Shown piece after piece: positions 25,748-64,000 of a stretch of 64,000 nucleotides of DNA. The stretch covers positions 13,069,807 to 13,133,806 of the forward strand of contig NC_134031.1 of the NCBI RefSeq assembly GCF_964204645.1, written 5' to 3'. Source of the stretch: Tubulanus polymorphus (Eukaryota; Animalia; Nemertea). A program made the translations under genes and the position numbers. The stretch's first letter is position 1, and every line of letters begins with the position of its first letter. The notes beneath the pieces are model-generated. The model was not told the DNA's origin. It did no database searches and was given only the letters and a program-made list of their open reading frames with translations.

Positions 25748-27170
25748 CAGTCGATATTTGCCAATGCGGCATTATTCCTTTTAAAGCTATTTTGTCAATG
25801 GTGCGTTCTGCTGATTTGCTAATTGAGGCCGCGCATTCGCACTGAAGTGGGTGACTTAGAAAATTTTACGTCAAGAATGTCATTTAACGCCAAAATTTAA
25901 GTGTGGAGAACAGAGATAGAGAAAATAGTAGCATAGAGTGGAAACCGAACCCGGATCAGCAGATTGCCAGTCGAGCGTCTTTCCACTAGACCACCGGGCT
26001 CACTCAAAATAGTCAGTAACCTGTCTGTGGTTTAGTTTCATGATCGGATATTTTCACAAACCAGTCAGGAATGGGAAGGTCATTTTTGTATGCAATCTTC
26101 GTCAGCCAATTTGACTGATGAGTAATTTGCCTGGCATTTTCTGGGCCCAGTCCCATAGTCATGGCTTAGACTTAAGACCAATTTAAGATCATTTTAGTTC
26201 TATAGCCAATCTAACAACTTAAGACCAGTCTTAAGATTTAAGGCCATTTTTGGACTTAAGTCTCAACTGAGGAACCGGTCCCCGAGATATCCGTCTAATT
26301 TTTGTTGTAATCAACGCACAACAGATTCTTAGTTTGTTTGATACCTATTGGCCTAACACCTCACCTGACGATCTTAATCCATGTGCAAATCGGCCATAAA
26401 GTGAGAGTAAATTTCCGTCAATTCAACGGCAGCCATTTTGAAAACTTGTGGAGGGTGCTGGCACCTGTGGACTGAGGCCAGGACAACAGCACAAACTAGG
26501 CTAACGAAACGAAACAATGAAATTGAAAAAATTAAGAAATCAACATTAATTTACATTTTTCTTCATCCAGAATTTATTATTTCATTATTTATCATGGAAA
26601 GCACGAAGATTTGAAATATATGTTGGAAAACCATCAAAAATAAAAATTGTCATTTCGTCTTGTCATGCCACATGTATGCAATACACAGAAATGGCGGCCA
26701 ATGGTGGAATTTATGGAGAAATTAATTAATTTCTCAAAATAATGTTGATTAATCGCTGGAAACATACATAAAATTGGATTATTTCAAAAGGTACCTGTGT
26801 TAGTTTGTGAATTAAACCATTAATTGTGGACTGAAGTGAATAGAAAGTATATTTTTGAAGTGTTACTTTCTTCAACCATGTTTTGGCCCTTGTCATCCCT
26901 AACGTTGGTATAAGCCATCCAATTATAAAAAGCAAGATTAACCAACGATTAGGTAACTAACTCAAAACCACTAGTAAGTTTTCACGACATATAGCCTCAC
27001 CTTACCCTAACCCTCTGGACCCTATAAACCCTAACCCTATCGAAACCCTAAACCTGAACCCAATATAACGATTTTATTGTTATATTTTATAAGTATATCT
27101 TATTATATAAAGCCATTGGCAAAATAGCGTTTAGGCTACTAAAATAATGCCGCATGGGCGGAATATCCAC
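25748..27170. mobile_element. TIR element containing degenerate (CCCTAA)n
   Basis: GATATTTGCCAATGCGGCATTATT..GCTATTTTGTCAATGG (25754-25801) is an imperfect inverted match to 27113-27168; CCCTAA-like units at 27005-27060. Confidence 0.45.
25933..26001 (-). pseudogene. Degenerate tRNA-like sequence (SINE head or tRNA pseudogene)
   Basis: Reverse complement GAGCCCGGTGGTCTAGTGGAAAGACG...CCGGGTTCGGTT has A-box, D-stem and B-box-like motifs, but anticodon and acceptor stems are poorly paired. Confidence 0.55.
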
Positions 27171-27561
27171 TTCCTAGTTAAAACTTAGAAAATTCAAAAC
27201 CAATGCCAGAGTTAAGGGGTGGATGGAAAGAAGATGAAACTGTAACTCTAAGGTTTGATTCATTTGTGAAATTTGGGCTTATTAGATTAGAAAATTATGA
27301 GGAAATAGATCAAATGAAATTAAATTTTCTACGAGAAAAACTTGAAAAATTACTTAGGCCTATTGATAAATAAATTACTATTTAGATAAAGGGTTGAAGA
27401 ATTTTTTAATGGTTTAAACCTTGTGAAGCCATAGGCCTAATGGAATTCTTTGTATGGTGAAACTGAGAGGGTTTTTGCAAGATAGAAGAATTTTGACCTG
27501 GTGGATAATTTAGAAATTAGCTCCATTTGAAAATAGAAGGAAGACAAGAAGATTACAGTCG

Positions 27562-27840
27562 CAGAGCCGTCGGAAGGAATCTTTCAGTGGCGAGGCTTAT
27601 TTCTGAAGGGTGGTCTGGGGGCCCTCCCCTAGAAAAATTTTGAAAATTAAATCGCCGGAGATGCGTTTTGGGGCCATTTCACAGTCTCATTCACAGAAGC
27701 ATGAGAATTCGTGAGCCAACCACCTAGGACAGAGAACGACGAGCTGCTACGCGGTACAGCGTGCTTTTGAAAAAGATTTTGTTAAGCAAAAAAGTGGGGC
27801 GGTTTTGGCCGCCCCTGCCGCCCCTGTTCCGACGGCCCTG
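27562..27840. mobile_element. hAT-like MITE
   Basis: TIR CAGAGCCGTCGGAA / TTCCGACGGCCCTG; flanks AGTCG / AGACG. Confidence 0.6.
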
Positions 27841-28699
27841 AGACGCATCACCCTTCTAAGAAAAAAAAATTGATACGCGTTATAAAATGCTATACATCAA
27901 TTGGAAAATTATTTTCTGCCAGAAAAAAATTGAAATAGCAGGAAATACTAATGTCAGAACAAAATTGATTTCTCTTGCGAAAAGTGTTTATTTGTTTCTT
28001 ACCCTCCGGAATATCATGGAGCCTGCCGGGATTCTACGGCTCAAAATGAGCAGTGCACGTGGCCAGCGGTACAAAATTTCCTTATTTGGCGAAATGGGTG
28101 GAGACTAGTAAGGTTTTTGCCGACTGCGATGTTGCTGCTGCTCGGAGCGAGACTGTGCCGATCTGCCACGGCTGCCGTTAGATTTTAAAGGGGTCATGAA
28201 GAGGTTTTGAAAAAAATTTTAAATCAAATTTTTTTTGTATAAAACATTTACCGTATGCATCTATAGTAGTCTTATGAAAATTTTTTTAAAATATTATCCA
28301 AACTCGAGAAAAGCCCATAGCAACGGCCCTAGCAACGGGACACTCGCGTATGCGGGGTAATGTTGATGGCGTCATTCTGAGAACACATCGCCTGCAGCAT
28401 ACTCAGAAGCGTTATAATACAATGCTCATTTTCGTTGAATATCGCGCCAATTTTACCGTCTTTTGAAATGCCTTGGCTGTGTGTAGCTATGAACTGTTCC
28501 CTCAAAGGTAGCAACAAATTTTAGTGACCAAAACCACAGATTTGGCCCTAAGATGATGGACCGTAAGAGGAAAAACATCCGGCCTATGTGTAAACGTTTT
28601 CGCACTTTAGAGAAGGATTTCTCGCAAATATTACGGCACATATAAATTTTGATACACAAAACCTAGAATAATCTGATGTTTTGCGTCAAACAGCAATTG

Positions 28700-31645
28700 A
28701 GCATTTGACAAGGGCTAAAAGGGGCTAAACGATTGAATTGGACTCCTCTTAGATTCTACAAACCCTGATACTAAACACGCAATTTCATCTGGAAATTTCT
28801 CTGACTGGGCAAACTTAACTAGACAGTCTTCTGCTTGACGGACCTCGGAAGGAAGCAAAAACTCACTAGGGCAAACTTTGGGAAACTGCAATCGACTTCC
28901 TGCAAATTTACGAACAGCCCGCAGTATCCAAGCAACATGACGCTTTAGTTTTATCCAGCAAGAAAACCTATTAACATCGATAAGACCGGTAAGATCTAAG
29001 TCGCTTACGACCAATTACCGTACGACAGGCACATTGTTCACACACTTTGGCCTGCGAACATTCACGTCATCCTCTGAAATAGACCCTGAAACACCAAGTT
29101 GATCAGGCCACATGGATTTTTCTTTCAAGAATGCAGGACCAGAGAGCCAAAAATCCGAATTACAAACCTTCTGCGCCGACATTTCAAGGGTACAAGGATC
29201 TGCTTGATTCAGATTCGTGGGAACAAACTGCCATTGATCAGGTGATGTGCAACTATGGATCTCCGACAGACGATTGGCCACGAAAACTTTAAACCAGGTT
29301 GTAAAGTTGTTGATATACCGTAGGACCGTCGTAGAATCCGTCCAAAACATGACTCGAGAAATATGCAATGAGCTGAGCTCCCTCGTCAATGTTTGGTACA
29401 GACGAACTGAGAGAATAGCTGCCTCCAGTTCCAACTTAGGGATAGTTAATCTTTGCCTAATTGGTGCTACATGAGTTTTGGATGCCAACAGAGAAGAATA
29501 TGAACCCACGGGACCAAACGAACCACGTATATCGCGTGCGGTAGCAAAACCACTTTCTGATGCATCCGAAAAGAAATGAAGCTCCACAGACTGGGGGGGG
29601 GGTGAAATACTAACGCAGGATGATACCTAGGAACTTTAAATTCACAAAGAAACTCCAGGTCAGATAACCAGTCGGTCCATTTCGACAATAAATCATCACT
29701 TTATCATCATCCACCAAATTTCCAAGCATCCTGCAACAGTTTTCACGCGAAAAGTGAAAGGAGCGAGAAAACCAATTGGATCAAAGATGGAACTAACAGA
29801 ACTAAGCACACAGCGCTTTGTGGGGGCGCCTTGTTAAAAACGATTTGATTACGAAACAATCAGACTCCACGTCCCATCGAACTCCTAGGGCCCGCTCAAC
29901 GGGTAAGTCATCCAAATCCAAGTCCAAGTCAGGTTTAGCACGTTTCGCCTTGTCAAATCTAGACAAAACCTCCCTCACATTACTCATCCACTTGGTTAAA
30001 TGAAATCCACCTTTGGCTAAAAGCTCGGAAACCTCTTTGGCCAAATGGACCGCAACATCTGGGGATTCAACCGACTTCAGCAAATCATCTACATAAAAAT
30101 CATTTAAGATGCTATCTGCACATAAAGACGTACAAAAATCCTGATTATCGATAGCTGACAGTTGCAGGGCTTAATTGGCGATACAAGGGGAATCAGCGGC
30201 CGCTCCAAAAATATGAACAACCATTTTGTAGACGTCGGGTTCAGAATCCTCTGCACATAAAGACGTACAAAAATCCTGATTATCGATAGCTGACAGTTGC
30301 AGGGCTTAATTGGCGATACAAGGGGAATCGGCGGCCGCTCCAAAAATATGAACAACCATTTTGTAGACGTCGGGTTCAGAATCCTGAGTCAAATCATCCG
30401 GCCACAGAAACCTCAAAGAATCTGATTCATCTTCTGGGACCCGTACCTGATGAAGCATGGCCTCAATAGCAGATACCGCGTTTAAGCGAAAACGCTGTAA
30501 AACTCCAAACAAACTGTTGAGTAAATCAGGACCGGTCATCAACATGCTATTTAAGGAAACACCCTTACATTTGGATGCAGCATCAACGACTACACAGGGC
30601 TTAGGCTTATTTGGGTTAATAACCCAATGATGTGGAAGATGCCAAGTCCTATTAGAAGTACGTAACCTCATCAGGCGTCAACTTTGGAGCAAACCCTTTT
30701 GAAATATAACCATTCATAGTATTGCAATACCCAGACATAAGATTGGAATCCTTACTCACCTTCTGTTTCAAATTCCTAAACTTCAGCCACATGGCAATTA
30801 TCAGGCATTTTGAGATGTGGATCCCGCCAGAGCATATCTATCTCATAATGACCATTGACTAACTTACATGAACTATCTAACAACTCACGAGATTTTTGCC
30901 CTTTGAACATTGGCACCAATTAATATCTTGACAGATGTATGAAAAATCTCATCGAGAGGGACAAAATCTCTTTTAGTCGTTGATGAACAATTAAAGTGCC
31001 CATGACGAGTCCAGGCGTTAACATTTATAAGTTGGTCACCATACCGGCTACTAACAGAAAACGATACTAACCAGGAGCGTTCACTACCCTCGGAATAAAG
31101 TGTACATATTGTGAGTTCACCTTCCCTACCTTTTAAACCCAGTTCCCGCGCTAGGTCCGAATCAATGAGACTTACATTGCTAGCAGAATCTAGAAGCCTA
31201 AAGCATGTGTGGAATTCTGCCTACCGTTTCTACCATATACTATAACCGGTGACATTTGAAATTTTACCTTTGAAGACGATTCAATTCACACACCAATCTG
31301 ATTCACCGCAAATTTAGGTTTGTCTGGTTCGACGGTAGTTTCTAACGAAGTTTTGGTCTGAACAATCGGAGGTGGGCGTGCAATGGGTGAGGACCATGAG
31401 TGGTGTAGAGTTGTATGGTGTTTTTTACCGCAGTTTGTCTCCCTGCATGTACCCTGCGAAGAACAGGTTGCAATTATATGACCTGAAAAAAGACAATTGA
31501 TACACAGGTTATGACCTTTTACAAACGAAAACCTTTCCGAGACTGACTTATCTAAATATTCTCTACACTTTGAAAGGTGATGCAATTGTTTACAGAGGAC
31601 AAACATTTTGTTTACTGTTAACATTATTACATGAACCAACTGTAT
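28700..31645 (-). mobile_element. BEL/Pao LTR retrotransposon internal remnant (gag, protease, RT, RNase H); no LTRs seen
   Basis: Gag triple Zn-knuckle (CINCLFSGH..C..CGKKHHTTLH), HLPHHWV..SLNSMLMTGPDLL, LRFLW, YVDD near 30085, ELHFFSDASE, IPKLELEAA, FWTDS; many deletions and frameshifts. Confidence 0.88.
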
Positions 31646-31674
31646 TTCTAATTCTGACTTTCTGTCTAGCTTGT

Positions 31675-32893
31675 TAGCCCACTTGGGACTTTAGTCCCAG
31701 CGGGCTATTGCGTTCACTTTTCGTCTGTCGTCCGTCCGTCGGTCCGTAGACGGAATCCAGTTATTTTGGGAAGTTTAGTCTACCCTAGACACATCTTCAG
31801 CCCAAAAACTGGCCCTCTCAGATTCAAGATGGCCGACTGGCAGCCATTGTTGTTCGTCAAAATCAGCACTTTTTACACTTTTTGAACTTTTTGAGGGTAA
31901 TTTTGAAGACGCTTAAATCAATTACCTTGATCTTTCATATATATTTGAATCCCCCCAGGGCCCATCACCATAAGAAAAATTGGGTCGACCGGACTCAAGA
32001 TGGCCGTCCTATGACCTTTTTAGTGCCCAAAAATGTTAATTTTGGGCCAAATTCTGAGTCCTGTAACTCCCTACTGGTTTGCCATTTCTCATTGCAATTT
32101 TTGATGGGTATTCCTTGGAAAGGGTTGTTTTATACCTGAGCCAGGTATTTTTGATCGGCCAATTGTGATGCAATTGGCGGCCATCTTGGTATCATCAGTA
32201 CTCATTGGTAGGTGGGAAAAAGTTTTTCCACATTGTATTGATACCTAAGCATATTTTGTTACCATAATTAATTGCAAAGTTGTTGCTCATGACATCATCT
32301 ATGATTGTGGTGAGTTTTAAGGACATTAGTTATTCTATATGGTCACCAGGGGGCGTTGAATAGTAGAATAACTTAGTATTTCCTTATTAGATTGGTACCT
32401 AGGCATATTTTGTTACCATGATCAATTGCAAAGTTGTAGTTTATGACATGTTCTATGATTATGGTGAGTTTTAAGGTCATTGGGTTTTGAATATGGTCAC
32501 CAGGGGGGCGTTGAATAGTAGAATACTTAGTATTTCCATATTAAATTGGTAACGAGACATATTTTGTTATCATGATCAATTGCAAAGTTGTAGTTTATGA
32601 CATGTTCTATGATTATGGTGAGTTTTAAGGTCATTGGGTTTTGAATATGGTCACCAGGGGGCGTTGAATAGTAGAATACTTAGTATTTCCATATTAAATT
32701 GGTAACGAGACATATTTTGTTATCACAATCAATTACAAAATCATAGCTGCTGACATGTTCTATGATTGTGGTGAGGTTCAAGGTCATTGGTTTTTGTATA
32801 TGGTCACCAGGTGGCGTTGAAAATTGAAATTGTTAGATTGTTGAGCATTGGAAACCACTTCCCAAGTGGGCATAGTGTCCCTGGACCCCTAGT
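31675..32893. mobile_element. HINE, TAGCCCACTTGGGAC family, full length
   Basis: Hairpin, (CGTC)n microsatellite, about four 154-bp tandem units, subTIR CCCAAGTGGGC and end CCCTAGT in a T run. Confidence 0.85.
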
Positions 32894-33452
32894 TTTTTAT
32901 TTGGAATCGCAAATGGACCAAAGTCTGAGTCAACACAATCTTTTTAACAGTTCATCAATTCAACTAGCAACGGATTTTGATACCTTTTTACGTAATCATT
33001 CCATTTTGATCGTTTTTCCATCGGAATGCGACGTGATGCCTTTAACACGACTTCACTGCTACCTATTTCATACTGATAGTTTAAACAATCAACTTGCCTA
33101 CACAATCCCAGACTTCGATATAAAGGTCCCGAAGGGCTATAGAGTCATAGGAAGGTACTTGACCCCACCTACTAAAGCATCAATATACGCCCTACTAATA
33201 CCTTCACGGTGGGCAAATACAGATTTCAACTCGTTTGTTATGTTACCTTAATCCATTGAAAAGTTATGATATGTTTCTTCTGAGAATTGCTGTTCCAACA
33301 TCTAGGGTAGTTGGTTTTCTATTCATAGTATTTCCATTGATTTTGGTACCTGTATATTTGTAGCCCATAACAGGTTCTATGATCATTATGAGTTTTGGGT
33401 TCATTAGTTTCTGTATACATTCTCTGACTTAACTTTATATCCACAGTGACTG

Positions 33453-62613
<29,161 letters not shown>

Positions 62614-62685
62614 TAAGCAAACAAGCCCTTTCAGTACATTAGAGCATGATTAAGTTTTGTTTTTTCTCATTAAATGTTATTATTT

Positions 62686-63120
62686 TAGCCCACTTGGTAC
62701 TTAAAGTCCCAGCAGGCTATTACATTGGCTTTTCATGGATCCGCCTGTCAGTAGACGGAAACCATTTGATTTTGGGATGTTTTGAAGATGCTTCAAGGGA
62801 TTATCTTGATATTTGGTTGATTCATGACATGTGTCTTCTACCTAGACACATCAGTTGCCCAAAATCTGGCCCTGTAAGAATCAAGATGACTAACTGGCAA
62901 CCGATTGTTGTTCACCAAAATCAGCACTTTTTACATATTTAAGTTTTCTACAGAAATTTTAGAGATGCGTCAATCAAATATCTTGATCTTGCATATATAA
63001 ATATATGCCCCAGGGCCCATTAGCATGAGAAAAATTGGGTCGATGGGACTGTCCTGTGACCTTTTTTTGTGCCAATACGGGTAATTTTTGGCCCAAATTC
63101 TGAGACTTGTAACTTCCTAC
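62686..63120. mobile_element. HINE, TAGCCCACTTGGGAC family, partial
   Basis: Homologous to 31675-32070. Confidence 0.8.
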
Positions 63121-63633
63121 AGCTATTCAAAAATGAAACCCGAGAAACTGAAACCCGTGTTTCTCACCAATGGTGCGTGTCAGAAAAAGCAGTGACAAAA
63201 ATTGGTTTAGAATAGAATGAGCATTACTGCATCTAGTGCTTAATTTTTTGAACACATGTGATATAAAGAAAGGTAGCTCATCAACAATATCCAAAATAAT
63301 GTCCGAATAAAATGTCCAGAAATAACGAGCACCAGTGAATGTGACGTAATAGAATAAGAATTTATCAACACGTATGGTGAGAGCGTAGGATGGTGAACGG
63401 CGAGATGAGAAGTGTGTATATGAGTGAAGTAGAACTCCGCTGCTCAGCAGTATGCTATTTTTAAGCTAACTATGCCTTGAATGGACTGCTGACCGATAGT
63501 TTCTATGAGATGGGGGAGATAAAATAAACTTTGTATGAGGGACTAAAATGAGGGAATTTAAAATCACATAGGCCTACCTCAAATTGGTCTTAATATGACC
63601 AGTGAAACTGCAGTCTGAATAAACCATCGTTTT

Positions 63634-64000
63634 TAGCCCACTTGGGACTTTAGTCTCAGCCGGCTATTGCATTCACTTTCCGTCAGTCGTCCGTCTGTTG
63701 ACAGAATCCAGTTATTTTGGGAAGTTTTGAAGATGCTTCAATGTAATGTCTTGATATTTGGGTTACACATGTATCTACCCTAGACATATCTTCAGCCCAA
63801 AAACTGGCCCTATCAGAATCAAGATGGCTGACTGGTAGCCATTGTTGATCGCCAAAATCTGCACTTTAACACATTTAAAAAACACTTTTTGAGGGAAATT
63901 TTGAAGACGCTTTGATCAATTACCTTGATCTTTCATATATATTTGAATCCCCCAAGTGCCCATCAGCATAGGAAAAATTGGGTCGATCGGACTCAAGATG
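63634..64000. mobile_element. HINE, TAGCCCACTTGGGAC family, runs off the window
   Basis: Homologous to 31675-32000. Confidence 0.85.

Noticed and set aside
25933-26001. Functional tRNA gene
   Set aside because: Acceptor and anticodon stems are not properly paired.
27005-27060. Interstitial telomere
   Set aside because: Only a few degenerate CCCTAA units, inside a TIR element.

Overview
AT-rich eukaryotic genomic DNA, most likely from a marine invertebrate animal; it is not prokaryotic and there is no CRISPR array or rRNA. Two spliced host genes lie head-to-head: OTUD3 (OTU deubiquitinase, minus strand, 6 coding exons traced from 15265 to 2620) and DHX16/PRP2 (DEAH-box splicing helicase, plus strand, 14 coding exons from 33453 to 62612, continuing past the window). 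They probably share a bidirectional promoter near 25.0-25.4 kb. Nearly all remaining sequence is decayed, heavily nested transposable elements: a PIF/Harbinger element with interleaved antisense genes, two BEL/Pao LTR elements, a DIRS tyrosine-recombinase retroelement inside a piggyBac-type MITE, three L2/CR1-type LINE 3' fragments, many Helentron-associated (HINE) elements with 146-154 bp tandem arrays, and hAT-, MULE- and Tc1/pogo-type MITEs. I found no clearly new biological system. The most notable signals are self-targeting and multi-level TE nesting, a HINE orientation bias relative to host transcription, an unclassified 8-bp-TSD element, and a motif cassette shared between unrelated MITEs. 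All coordinates and translations were read by eye.
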